DNA of 64,000 nucleotides from Phycisphaerae bacterium. Its GTDB lineage: Bacteria; Planctomycetota; Phycisphaerae; UBA1845; Fen-1342. Location of the stretch: contig CAXXWX010000015.1 in NCBI GenBank assembly GCA_963675745.2, forward strand, positions 352,001-416,000, read 5' to 3'. A program made the translations under genes and the position numbers. This document shows, piece after piece, positions 40,786-50,550 of the stretch; the stretch's first letter is position 1; the number at the start of each line of letters is the position of its first letter. The notes beneath the pieces were generated by a model. The model was not told the DNA's origin and did no database searches. It saw only the letters and a program-made list of their open reading frames with translations.

Positions 40786-42762
40786 CTACTTCTCGCGGGC
40801 CTGCGCCACGTACCGCAAACCGGCTTGTGCCGGTGCAAACTGTGGATCCAACTCCAGCGCCGCGTGAAAGGCCGCCTCGGCTTCGTCCAGACGCTCCTGC
40901 TTCAGCCTGAGGACACCCAGCACTTGTCGCATCCGCGTGTCATTCGGGGCCAATTCCAGACCGCGCTGTATGTAGCTCTCGGCGGCGTCAAACCGCCCGA
41001 GTTCGACCAGTGCAATTGATATTTCGGGTAGTGTGCCCGTGTCGTCAGGCACGATGTCAAGCGTTATCGCAAACTGGTCAACGGCGTCCTGAAAGCGCTC
41101 AGCCGTAAATAGCAACTGCCCATATGTGCGCCGCACCAGGTAGTTTGCCGGGGCGATGTCGCAGGCATCATCTATCACCGCCAGTGCGTCGGCGAGCTTG
41201 CCCTGCTTGTGTAACACCTGCGCCAGCGCGGCGCGTAGCTGAGCCACGTCGGGAAACACCTTGATCAAGTCACGGTAGATTCGCTCGGCCTCGCCAAAGT
41301 CGCCCCGCGCCGCACAAGTCAGCGCGACGGTGCGCATGTTGATGTGCGTGATATGGTCCTTCGGGTCGCCGCCCTCCGGCTCGAAGTGGTCCAGCTCCGA
41401 ACCCGCATCCTCCTGCCGCGAGCCGCCGATATAGCCCAGCGACTCCAGCCGGGCCACGTCCACTGGCGACAACTCCACCGCGGCGTCTCGCGCATCCGCC
41501 GCCACGGGTGGCGGCGCCTCGGCGAGCACATGTCGTAGACGCTCGCGCATCTCGGCCGCGCGCTGTGGCTGCTTGGCAGCCAGATTGCGTAGCTCGCCGG
41601 GATCGTTACCCAGGTCATACAACTCCGGCGTCGGCGCGTGGATGTACTTGTAGCCGCCGTATACCACGCTGCGCAGTTGCGAGAGGTTCAGCTTCACCTG
41701 GTTCTCAAAGGTCTCGGCGTAGGCCAGCAAGCCCAGGTTCCGCTCCTCTCCGGCGATCAACGGAAACAGACTGACGCCCTGCATCTCGTCGCCGGCCGCG
41801 ATACCCAGCGCCTCCAGAATGGTGGGCGTGATGTCGATTGTGCGCACCTGCTCGGGTATCTCCAGCCCCGCGGGGATTACGCCGGGCAGGCGAAACATGA
41901 GCGCGACGTGCAACACCGAGTCATACAGGAAATTGCCGTGATGCAATTCGCCGTGGTCGCCCAGCCCCTCGCCATGGTCCGCGACAACGACCACAAGCGT
42001 CTTCTGCTCGAGCTCCAGTTCACCGAGCGCGTCCAGCAGCCGGCCGACCTGCCCATCCATGAATGATATCTCGTGCGCATACGCCACGGGAGAGTCACGC
42101 TCGGCCACGACCGGTGACTCATACGGATCGTGCGGATCGTAGAAATGCACCCACAGGAAGAAGTGCTGCCCGGCCACGTTGCGCAGCAGATCAAGCGCGT
42201 CATCGGCGATATCGTCGCCTTTCCGCTCCGCTTTCTGGGCGTCCTTGGCGCCGCTGATGATCACGTCGTGATATGTATCAAACCCCTGGTCAGTGCCGAA
42301 TTGCCGGTTCAGCACAAACGAGGCCACGGTCGCGGCAGTGCTGGCGCCGTTGGCCTTGAGAGTTTCCGCGAGCGTAACATTGGCGTTCGACAGCCGGGTC
42401 GTCCCGTTGCGCCGCGCGCCGTGCACGAACGGATAAACACCGGTCATGATGCTGGCGTGCGATGGCAGTGTCATACCCGAACAGGTCGTACACTGCGTGA
42501 AAAGCACGCCCTCGCGCGCGATGCGGTCGATATTGGGGGTGCGAGCGTATTTGCGCCCAAAGCAACCAAGATAGTCCGCGCGCGTCGTGTCCAGTGTGAT
42601 CATGAGCACGTTCAGTGCCTCGGGTCGCGCGCCACCCGATTGCGGCACAAGTCGCGCGACCGCCCACGCGGCGGCCACCACAAGCAGTACAACACCGAGC
42701 CACACACCCACACCGGGGCGGCTTCGTCGGAGATCCTCAGCGTCCGGAGTACCTCTGGTCAT
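40786..42762 (-). CDS. Sulfatase-like hydrolase with C-terminal TPRs (paralog of 38719-40704)
   Basis: MITLDTTRAD, MTLPSHASIMTG, HFYDPH, ADHGEGLG, TPR repeats. Confidence 0.9.
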   Translation of the reverse strand: MTRGTPDAEDLRRSRPGVGVWLGVVLLVVAAAWAVARLVPQSGGARPEALNVLMITLDTTRADYLGCFGRKYARTPNIDRIAREGVLFTQCTTCSGMTLPSHASIMTGVYPFVHGARRNGTTRLSNANVTLAETLKANGASTAATVASFVLNRQFGTDQGFDTYHDVIISGAKDAQKAERKGDDIADDALDLLRNVAGQHFFLWVHFYDPHDPYESPVVAERDSPVAYAHEISFMDGQVGRLLDALGELELEQKTLVVVVADHGEGLGDHGELHHGNFLYDSVLHVALMFRLPGVIPAGLEIPEQVRTIDITPTILEALGIAAGDEMQGVSLFPLIAGEERNLGLLAYAETFENQVKLNLSQLRSVVYGGYKYIHAPTPELYDLGNDPGELRNLAAKQPQRAAEMRERLRHVLAEAPPPVAADARDAAVELSPVDVARLESLGYIGGSRQEDAGSELDHFEPEGGDPKDHITHINMRTVALTCAARGDFGEAERIYRDLIKVFPDVAQLRAALAQVLHKQGKLADALAVIDDACDIAPANYLVRRTYGQLLFTAERFQDAVDQFAITLDIVPDDTGTLPEISIALVELGRFDAAESYIQRGLELAPNDTRMRQVLGVLRLKQERLDEAEAAFHAALELDPQFAPAQAGLRYVAQAREK

Positions 42763-44393
42763 TCACCACCATCATCGCGCGCGGCGTTTGGATCATCGCG
42801 CGTCTCGGGCTCGTCGTCGAACAGATCCTCTGTACCGCCGCCGCCGATGTACCCCACGGCACGCAGGCGACGGATTGTCTCCGGATCGAGATCGCCGACC
42901 TCGGCTGTCTGGACCGCCGCCTGGATACACTCGTCGTACCATGTCTCGGCTTCGGCGAGCATCGCCTCGACGACCGCGGGCCGTTCGGAGGCGATGTCAT
43001 TGCGCTCGTGCGGATCCCGCGCGAGATCGTAGAGCTCGAGTGAATCCAGGTTGACGTTCCATATCCCCTTGAGCTGGCCCTGCCGGATAACGACGTTGAC
43101 ATCCCCGCGTGTCAGGCGCCACGGCTTGAAATACCGCGTTGTGTTGATGCGCAGGCCGGTAATCGCGGGGTCGCCGACGTCCGGCGGGTCGCCGCCGGCG
43201 ATCAACGGCAGCAGGCTGCGCCCCCGAGCGCCCCCCGCCAGATCGGTGCGTCCGACGTAGTCCATGAGCGTCGGCAGCAGATCCACCAGGGATACCGGCG
43301 TCTTCACGCGCTGTCCGGCGAAGCGGTTGCCGGGAAAGCGCACAATCAACGGCACGCGCACGAGCTCCTCATACACCGATTGGTCGTGCAGCCAACCGCC
43401 GTGCTCACCCATTTCCTCGCCGTGGTCAGCGACGTAAATGAACAACGTGTTGTCCCACAGATCCATGGTCTTCAGGGCCGTAATCGTCGTGCCGACGCGC
43501 GAGTCCGCCAGACGCACGGCGGCATCGTACAGCTCGCTCCAATCGCTGTGCATGGCCTGCATGCTGCTCAGGTGCTGCAGCTGCGTGTCGGTCTGATCGT
43601 TCGTGCCCAGCGGCAGACGCTTGCGATAATCGTATTCGGCCGCCGCCTTGTACTCGTGAAAGTCGAGCTTGACGCGTTGCCGCACCGGGTCGGAGATATC
43701 GCGGAAACCGTCGGTATGCTTCGGCGCGTAGTGATACGGGTCATGCGGCTCCATGTTGTGGACATACATAAAGAACGGCTGCGGCGGCGATATCCCGAGC
43801 GCCGTGGCCACTCGCTTACCACCATTGCGCCCGCCCGCCTGTGGTCGCATGAAACCCTGCGACATACCGAACTGCGGACCGATGAACTCGTTACCGTAAA
43901 GCGCGTAAGTCGTATAACCGGCGCGGACCAGCCGTTCGGCGAGCGTGTCGAACGACTCGGCCAGGCGTTCGTAGCGCGTCAGCATGTTGTGTTCGCACGG
44001 GTACGTCGATGTGAACATCGAGGCGACCGATGGTATCGTCCACGGCGCGGGGGCCGTCGCGTTTTCGAATACGACGCCGGTCGCGGCCAACTCGTCGGCG
44101 CACGGCGTCGTCGGCCGGTTGTACCCGTAGGGCCCCATCCGATCAGCCCGCAGCGTGTCAATCAGGAAGATGAAGATGTTCACCGGCTGCTTGGCGCGCG
44201 CGTCGGCGACGGTGCCTTTGTCCACGTGCGTCCAGGCGCCGGACTGCGCCTCGCCGCCATCAGGCTCTGCGTCTTTGCCGCCACGAAGCATGGCCCATGC
44301 TACGGCGGCGATGAGCACAACCAGCACGGCAATCGCCCCGCCAAGCCGTCGTGGCCCCGGGCTCGGCGTGGCAGCGTGTTTCTGCTTTGACAC
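42759..44393 (-). CDS. Sulfatase-like hydrolase, membrane-anchored
   Basis: FLIDTLRAD, APWTIPSVASMFT, HNMEPHDPY, ADHGEEM, RVPLI. GTG 44393 follows GGAGG (ATG 44408 is an alternative). ATGA overlap with the next gene. Confidence 0.88.
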   Translation of the reverse strand: MSKQKHAATPSPGPRRLGGAIAVLVVLIAAVAWAMLRGGKDAEPDGGEAQSGAWTHVDKGTVADARAKQPVNIFIFLIDTLRADRMGPYGYNRPTTPCADELAATGVVFENATAPAPWTIPSVASMFTSTYPCEHNMLTRYERLAESFDTLAERLVRAGYTTYALYGNEFIGPQFGMSQGFMRPQAGGRNGGKRVATALGISPPQPFFMYVHNMEPHDPYHYAPKHTDGFRDISDPVRQRVKLDFHEYKAAAEYDYRKRLPLGTNDQTDTQLQHLSSMQAMHSDWSELYDAAVRLADSRVGTTITALKTMDLWDNTLFIYVADHGEEMGEHGGWLHDQSVYEELVRVPLIVRFPGNRFAGQRVKTPVSLVDLLPTLMDYVGRTDLAGGARGRSLLPLIAGGDPPDVGDPAITGLRINTTRYFKPWRLTRGDVNVVIRQGQLKGIWNVNLDSLELYDLARDPHERNDIASERPAVVEAMLAEAETWYDECIQAAVQTAEVGDLDPETIRRLRAVGYIGGGGTEDLFDDEPETRDDPNAARDDGGE

Positions 44394-44520
44394 AACATCC
44401 TCCAACATGCAAACCCACAGTATAAACGATCGGCACGCAGAATGGGCCCCGTCGAGTCGCTGACAGCCAGCGCGCCAAGTCGTACAATCGCGACAAGCTG
44501 ACACATTTGCGAGTGCTAAC

Positions 44521-46554
44521 GTGCTACTGAGCGCCTGGTCGATCCTCTGCGAGTCCGCACCGTTTATTCTGGCGGGGTTCTTCATCGCCGGTCTGCTCGA
44601 CGCACTGTTGTCAGCTCGGCGACTGGCCGGATGGCTGGGCGAGTCCGGGACACGCTCGGTAATCCGCGCAACGCTCGTCGGGGCGCCGCTGCCGCTGTGC
44701 TCTTGCAGTGTATTGCCGGCGGCGGTGACGATGCGCAAAAAAGGCGCCAGCCGCGGAGCCACACTCTCCTTTCTGGTGTCCACGCCGGAAACCAGCGTCA
44801 CTTCGCTGCTGCTCACTTACGCGCTGCTGGGGCCGGCGCTGGCGGTAATCAGACCGATCGCGGCACTGGTCACGGCAATCACGGCCGGACTGGTCGAGAA
44901 CTTCGTCGAAGCACGCTGCGCTGAGAAACCAGGCGCGGTTGGCGATGGCCCCGCTTCGGAGGATGGACAGTCCGACGAAGATGCTGCGGCTGCTCCCGAC
45001 GCGACACTCCCGCTGGGGGCGCGACTGCGCGCCGGCATGCACAACGCCTTCGTCAGCTTGTTTGATGACATCTTCATATGGGTGTTGCTGGGGATATTGG
45101 TGGCGGCGGGTATCCAGGCCTGGCTGCCGCCGGAGTTGCTGAATCGCATACTGGGCGGCGAACTGCGTTCCATGCTGGTGATGGTCCTGATCGCCGTGCC
45201 GCTGTACGTGTGCAATGAAGCATCGACGCCGATCGCCGCCGTCTTCATGCTCCAGGGGGTGAGCCCCGGGGCGGCGCTCGTTTTCCTCTTGTGTGGACCG
45301 GCAACCAATATCGGCTCGCTGGGTGTGTTGTATCGCCTGCTCGGCCGGCGCGCGGTGATTGTGTACCTGGCGTCAATCATCATCGTCTCGGTGCTGGGCG
45401 GCCTGGCCGTCAACATGCTGTTGAGCCGACCCGAGATCGGCCTGCAACCGCGCGTGCTCGACGAGCCGCTAACTCCCGCATGGATCAAGGTTGTCGGCGC
45501 CCTGGTGTTCCTGGCGCTGGGTGTGATGACCATCAGGCGAGCCCGATACGCCACCCGGCTGGCTGCCTGGCTCGAGGCCCGTCTGCCGGTACCGGTGTCA
45601 CCCGGCGTGGTGCACATTGCCATGTGGCTGCTGGTCATCGGCGGCTACTTCTGCTCCGGCTTCGGCATCGTGCGCGCCGGCGAGATCGGCATCCAACAGC
45701 GCTTCGGAAAGATCATCCGCGCCGATCTGTCACCCGGACTGCACTACACGCTGCCCTACCCCATCGACACGCTGGATCGCGTGGCGGTGCAACTGGTACG
45801 CCGCACGATCGTCGGGATTGAATACGACGAGAGCGGAGCCGTTGTCGACACGGACCCGCGCGAGGCATGGATCCTGATCGGTGACGAGAACATCGCGGAT
45901 ATCCAGGCCGCCATCCACTGGGGGGCCAGGGCCGATCAGCTCACTCTCTTCGAATACGGCGTGACCGACCGGGAGCAGCTTGTGCGCGACGTGGTTCAGG
46001 CGGCCATGCGCGAGGTGCTTTCCGGCGCATCGATTGAAACCCTGTTCACCGCGAGCCGGCGACAGCACGAGTCGCAGGTCGAGCAGCTCACCCAGAGTCG
46101 GCTGGATGCGTACCAGAGCGGGATCCGCGTACACGCCTTTCACATTCTGTATGCCCACTCGCCACCCGATGTTCACGAGGCTTTTCGCGATGTGGCCAGC
46201 GCTTTGGAGGACCGGGCGACACAGGTCAACCAGGCGCGGGCGCAGGAAGCGCAACTAATCCCGCTGGCGCGCGGGGAGGCCGACTGGATGTTGCGAGAAG
46301 CCGAAGCCTATGCCGCTCTGACAGTCAGCCGGGCTCGTGGCGACGCGGAGCGGTTCACGGCTTTGCAGCGTGTCTACCACGAGTGGCCGCACGTGACCGC
46401 GAAGCGTCTGGAGTACGAGACGATCGAGAAAGTCTTGCCGGACATACGAAAGTACCTCATTCCACCGCGACCGGCGTCTGATGAAATCGAGATCTGGTTC
46501 CTCGATGACGCCGCCAGGAAGCGGACGCCCTTGTGGGCACCGGAGGATCAGTGA
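44521..46554 (+). CDS. Metal permease (ArsP/DUF318, SO_0444-like) fused to an HflK-like SPFH domain
   Basis: ESAPFILAGF, PLPLCSCSVLP, FLVSTPETS, PLYVCNEASTPIA, LVFLLCGPATN; then GIQQRFGK...PGLHYTLPYPID, IGDENIAD, VHEAFRDVASA, PLARGEA, ARGDAERF. Confidence 0.85.
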   Translation: MLLSAWSILCESAPFILAGFFIAGLLDALLSARRLAGWLGESGTRSVIRATLVGAPLPLCSCSVLPAAVTMRKKGASRGATLSFLVSTPETSVTSLLLTYALLGPALAVIRPIAALVTAITAGLVENFVEARCAEKPGAVGDGPASEDGQSDEDAAAAPDATLPLGARLRAGMHNAFVSLFDDIFIWVLLGILVAAGIQAWLPPELLNRILGGELRSMLVMVLIAVPLYVCNEASTPIAAVFMLQGVSPGAALVFLLCGPATNIGSLGVLYRLLGRRAVIVYLASIIIVSVLGGLAVNMLLSRPEIGLQPRVLDEPLTPAWIKVVGALVFLALGVMTIRRARYATRLAAWLEARLPVPVSPGVVHIAMWLLVIGGYFCSGFGIVRAGEIGIQQRFGKIIRADLSPGLHYTLPYPIDTLDRVAVQLVRRTIVGIEYDESGAVVDTDPREAWILIGDENIADIQAAIHWGARADQLTLFEYGVTDREQLVRDVVQAAMREVLSGASIETLFTASRRQHESQVEQLTQSRLDAYQSGIRVHAFHILYAHSPPDVHEAFRDVASALEDRATQVNQARAQEAQLIPLARGEADWMLREAEAYAALTVSRARGDAERFTALQRVYHEWPHVTAKRLEYETIEKVLPDIRKYLIPPRPASDEIEIWFLDDAARKRTPLWAPEDQ

Positions 46555-46585
46555 GCTCCGCTGAAACGCGAAGCGGGATAACGCC

Positions 46586-47539
46586 ATGCGAACAACCGTT
46601 ACACTCCTGATTGTGGCCGCACTCCTGGCGCTGGTGTGCTCGTGCTTTTTCATCGTCGATGAAACCGAGTTTGTCATCCAGTTGCGCTTCGGCGACCCGG
46701 TGAACACGCGCACCGAGCCGGGCCTGTACGTCAAGTGGCCTTGGCCGATCGACCTGCTCGCGCGCTTCGACAACCGGCTGATGGTGCTCGAAAACCCCGC
46801 GCCCGGCGAGGCGGACAAGGAATACCTGACACAGGATGAGGAATCCGGCATCGGCAAGAACGTCGTGGTGACAACCTACACCTGCTGGAGAATCAAACCC
46901 GATCCAAACGCCGCGCTGCTCTTTCTCAAAACCATGCGCGATATCCCCAGTGCCGAGGCACGGCTTGGCGACATAGTTGTCGCGGAACTGGGCGTCGCGC
47001 TCGGTGAGCATGACTTCTCGGTGCTGGTAACCACCGACGAATCGCAGCACCGCTGGGCGCAGTTTCTCGAGGATGTGCGCGCCAAGTGCGCGGCACGCGT
47101 GAAAGACGCGTACGGTATCGAGGTGCTTGATATCAAGATCCAGCGTCTGAACTTCCCAGACCAGAATCGGCGCAACGTGTTTGATCGCATGCGCGCCGAA
47201 CGCGAGACCATCGCGACGCGCTATCGCTCCGAAGGCATGGAGCAGGCCACGCGCGTTCGGGCCCAGGCCAATCGCCAGCGCGAGGAACTGCTCGCGCAGG
47301 CCATCGAGGAGAGGGAGCGCATCCGCGGCGACGCCGACGCCGAAGCCGCCCGGACTTACGCCGAGGCGTACGGCCAAGACCCGGACTTCTACGATTTCAT
47401 GCGCACGTTGGAAGCCTACGAAACCACGCTCAAGGAGAACACCGTCGCGGTCTTGTCGGGAAGCAGTGATTTCCTGCGCCTGCTGAATAGGCCCCCGCGC
47501 TCATTGTCGCCGACGACCCAACCGTCGACCGAGGAATAG
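46586..47539 (+). CDS. hflC: HflC-like SPFH protein
   Basis: FFIVDETE, RFGDP, PGLYVKWPWP, YGIEVLDIKIQR, VFDRMRAER, IRGDADAEA, DPDFYDFMRTLEAY. Confidence 0.9.
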   Translation: MRTTVTLLIVAALLALVCSCFFIVDETEFVIQLRFGDPVNTRTEPGLYVKWPWPIDLLARFDNRLMVLENPAPGEADKEYLTQDEESGIGKNVVVTTYTCWRIKPDPNAALLFLKTMRDIPSAEARLGDIVVAELGVALGEHDFSVLVTTDESQHRWAQFLEDVRAKCAARVKDAYGIEVLDIKIQRLNFPDQNRRNVFDRMRAERETIATRYRSEGMEQATRVRAQANRQREELLAQAIEERERIRGDADAEAARTYAEAYGQDPDFYDFMRTLEAYETTLKENTVAVLSGSSDFLRLLNRPPRSLSPTTQPSTEE

Positions 47540-47546
47540 GCACACC

Positions 47547-48491
47547 ATGCCAAGGGCACGCACCTGGACCATCCTGGCGGCCGCCATCGCGCTGCTCGCC
47601 TACGCCGCCTCCGGCTTCTATTTCGTGGAGTCGAACGAGCGCGGCGTGGTGCGTTGGTTTGGGCGGGTCTACGAGTCGGGTCGCAAAGTCCAGCCGGGAC
47701 TGCACTACGCCGCGCCCTGGCCGATCTGCCAGGTCGATACACCCAAGACCACCGAGGTGCGCCGCGTGTATGTCAGCCTGCTGCCCGCGCAGCGCGAGGC
47801 GATAGCGCGCGGTGAGATTGAGTCGATCGAGGCCAGCCCGGCGAGCGACGTGCTTTCAGGAGACGTCAACATCCTGAAGGTGACCATGGTCGTGCAGTAC
47901 CAGGTGATTGAGCCGGCGGCGTACCTGTTCAATACCAAAGATCCCGACCAGTTGGTGCGCGATGCCGTGCAGGCGATTCTGATCGAGGAACTCGCCGGCA
48001 TACCCGTCGATGAGGCCCTGACCTCCGCCAAGGCCCGCCTCCAACTGATCACACAACGACGCGCGCAAGAGACGCTCGACCGCTATGGCTGTGGCGTGCA
48101 GTTGGTCGCCGCCAACCTGGAATCGATCCAGCCGCCCCGCGCGATCATCGCGGCGTTCCAGGACGTCGTCAGTGCCAAGAAGGACGGCGAAAAGTCGGTT
48201 GACAGCGCCGTGGCCGAGGCCAGTCGCGTCGTTTCGCGCGCGCGGGGTGAGGCCGCCAGAATCCACGAGGAGGCCCTCGCCTATGCCAGCACCCGGCTGA
48301 GCAGGGCGCGCGGCGAAACCGCGCGTTTTCTCAGCATTCTGGCGGAGTATCGCCGTCAACCCGAGGTGTACGAGCGGCGTCTCATGTTGCAGACGTTTGA
48401 GAGCATCCTGCCCGATATGCGGATCTACATCCTGGACCACCAGGAGGGTGATCCGCCGACCCGGGTGCGCATCGTCGATTCACCGGAATAG
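47547..48491 (+). CDS. hflK: HflK-like SPFH protein
   Basis: SGFYFVESNERGVVRWFG, PGLHYAAPWPI, LSGDVNI, AAFQDVVSA, ARGEAARI, ARGETARF. Confidence 0.88.
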   Translation: MPRARTWTILAAAIALLAYAASGFYFVESNERGVVRWFGRVYESGRKVQPGLHYAAPWPICQVDTPKTTEVRRVYVSLLPAQREAIARGEIESIEASPASDVLSGDVNILKVTMVVQYQVIEPAAYLFNTKDPDQLVRDAVQAILIEELAGIPVDEALTSAKARLQLITQRRAQETLDRYGCGVQLVAANLESIQPPRAIIAAFQDVVSAKKDGEKSVDSAVAEASRVVSRARGEAARIHEEALAYASTRLSRARGETARFLSILAEYRRQPEVYERRLMLQTFESILPDMRIYILDHQEGDPPTRVRIVDSPE

Positions 48492-48506
48492 TCCCCCCCC
48501 GCCAAT

Positions 48507-48552
48507 AGGACAAGGCACCGGCAGGAGGGTACCGGTGCCTTTTCCGTGTCCT
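48507..48552 (+). terminator. Hairpin after hflK (terminator or REP-like)
   Basis: AAGGCACCGG-N10-CCGGTGCCTT followed by TT, with outer aggaca/tgtcct complementarity. Confidence 0.5.
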
Positions 48553-48629
48553 CAATGGGCGTTGGTGCGGGATACCGACGCCCGTGTCCCGCCCGGCAGG
48601 GCACCGGGCGAAGACGTGTCATGCAAGGG

Positions 48630-48740
48630 CTACTCGATCGTTATCCGCGGCTTGCCATTCTGCCGCGGCTTGTGCAGAAGAAACCCAAAGCTGCCAATGA
48701 CCAACAGGAGGCCAACGAACCAGAAAATAGTGCTAAGCAT
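48630..48740 (-). CDS. Small single-TM protein (36 aa; possibly 41 aa from GTG 48755)
   Basis: Hand-translated MLSTIFWFVGLLLVIGSFGFLLHKPRQNGKPRITIE*; directly downstream of 48776-49858. Confidence 0.5.
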   Translation of the reverse strand: MLSTIFWFVGLLLVIGSFGFLLHKPRQNGKPRITIE

Positions 48741-48775
48741 CGCAATCCCAACCACGTCCCAGCCTCGGTTTGGCC

Positions 48776-49858
48776 TCAGTCGCCGTACCAATCGACGCCC
48801 AGCCGCACCACCGCTGGAATCCGCTCCTCAGTTTGGACAAAGAACTCGAGCCGTGCTCTTGGCTCCTCGTTATCCTGGTACACGTCAAACTGATAGAGGT
48901 GGCGGCCATTTTCTTCAGAATACCACATCTCGAAATCGGCGGATTTGAGCGTTTCGATGCTCAGTGGTGAGCCGCAGTCGATGACAAAAGTCGCCAGACC
49001 GCCGCTGGGGCCACGAATCCATGCCTCGAAATGGGGCAGTTTCACACCCTCAAGTTCCTGGAAGTATTTATCGGACCACTGATTGCTCTCGGCGGCCGGG
49101 ACTATCACCAGATCAGGAGCGCCGACCAGCCGCACCAGCACCGTGTCCGTCGATTCGTATCCCCGGTCATCCACTACGGTTAGCGTGAACTCGAGATCGA
49201 TCGGCTCCCAGAACAGGCCATAGTGCGCATCGAGATCAGTGGCGATCGTCTCCGCCATCTCCCCCTGCTCAATCGTCACTCTGGGACCATCGGTCTGCGC
49301 CCACAGGTATCGTATTCCGACACCTTCGCTCGCGTTTCCCCCCAGCACGACCTTGCCCGCTCCGGCCCAGATAACCTGATCCACGCCGGCGTCGGCACGC
49401 GGCATCGGTCGATTCGCATCATCCTCGGACTCGGGCTCGGGCTCGACCGGCTCCCGCGGGTCACCGGGATCCTCGTCTGCGAGCGGCACGTCACCCTCGG
49501 TGGTTGACCTGCCCGGGCGCCAGATACGCTCGGGGATTTCGGGTGAATCCGGGGACTCGGAAGCCGGATATGCAGCGTCAGATGAGTCATCCGGCGAGGC
49601 TGCGTGCTCAGTCGTGTTGGGTTCCGAGGATGGACGCGCTGGCGACAGCGACACGGTCGTGACACGCGGCGATCTGCGCGCCGGAAACGGGGAGCCATGC
49701 TTTACCTGGAACTCCTCACCGTCGGCAACCAGCCCGTCATTCGCTTCGGGGCCCGCCGCGGCGGGCAGCGCGCTGGCCTCGCGCGGCTCATACGCCGAGC
49801 TGAGCATCATCAGCGTAACGCCCAACGAGAAGCACAATATGAACAAAAACGGTCGCAT
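48776..49858 (-). CDS. Secreted protein with a Pro/Glu-rich linker and a PKD/K319L-like Ig domain
   Basis: Signal peptide; PRADAGVDQ, YLWAQTDGP, FTLTVVDDRGYESTDTV. Confidence 0.75.
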   Translation of the reverse strand: MRPFLFILCFSLGVTLMMLSSAYEPREASALPAAAGPEANDGLVADGEEFQVKHGSPFPARRSPRVTTVSLSPARPSSEPNTTEHAASPDDSSDAAYPASESPDSPEIPERIWRPGRSTTEGDVPLADEDPGDPREPVEPEPESEDDANRPMPRADAGVDQVIWAGAGKVVLGGNASEGVGIRYLWAQTDGPRVTIEQGEMAETIATDLDAHYGLFWEPIDLEFTLTVVDDRGYESTDTVLVRLVGAPDLVIVPAAESNQWSDKYFQELEGVKLPHFEAWIRGPSGGLATFVIDCGSPLSIETLKSADFEMWYSEENGRHLYQFDVYQDNEEPRARLEFFVQTEERIPAVVRLGVDWYGD

Positions 49859-50282
49859 GTTGCAGGTTCCCTGGTGGCAAAGCGCGCGTCAGTAAGACCG
49901 TATGTGTTTCATCAGCAATCGGGGTCGCCGACTCCAGGATGACGTGCGTTTTCCCGCTGTGATACCTGATCGGCGTGTTGGGCACGCGGTTGGGGAAAAG
50001 TGGTGGAATTGCGCCTATTCGTGCCGCCGGTCTGCCGATGGACTATGGCAGAGGCATCGCCGACAAGAATTTCGGACTCTGCATGGCGATGAAGTCTGAT
50101 AGATTCAGCCCTTCTCGCCGACCAATCGGGACTTGGTGTGGAGACCTTCGACGGAGTCGTGCTATAATATAGATGAAATCATGGCACATCTGGTGAGTTG
50201 CGACCGGCTCTGGCCGGCCGTTCGATGACGCCACATATCTGACGCCATCCGAGACAACTGGCTGACGCACTGGGAGGATGCG

Positions 50283-50495
50283 ATGTCCAATAGCGACCGT
50301 ATCGCAATGGCTGAGGACTTGGCGAGAATCAGCACAGACCTGAGCGCGTTGCTCTCACGCCGCGAGGCGATCCCACCGCCCGTTTTTCAGATCCGCTACC
50401 AGGAGTTGAGCGAAGCGCGCAAACGGCTGGAAGCCAATATCGAACTGGACTGGGAGCGCGAACTCGCCGCCGGCAGCGCCGAGATGGTCCACTGA
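50283..50495 (+). CDS. Small hypothetical protein (70 aa, helical)
   Basis: RBS GGAGGA; TATAAT at about 50163 upstream. Confidence 0.55.
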   Translation: MSNSDRIAMAEDLARISTDLSALLSRREAIPPPVFQIRYQELSEARKRLEANIELDWERELAAGSAEMVH

Positions 50496-50550
50496 CAGAA
50501 CCTTTGTGGCGCCTCATGGCGCCGACTTCTGCGCGGAGCGGACGCCGCGC

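Noticed and set aside
44394..44816. N-terminal extension of the 42759-44816 ORF
   Set aside because: It overlaps the divergent permease gene; an RBS and signal anchor support a start at 44393 or 44408.
48740..48778. Stop-codon readthrough joining the PKD protein to the small TM ORF
   Set aside because: The two ORFs are in different frames.
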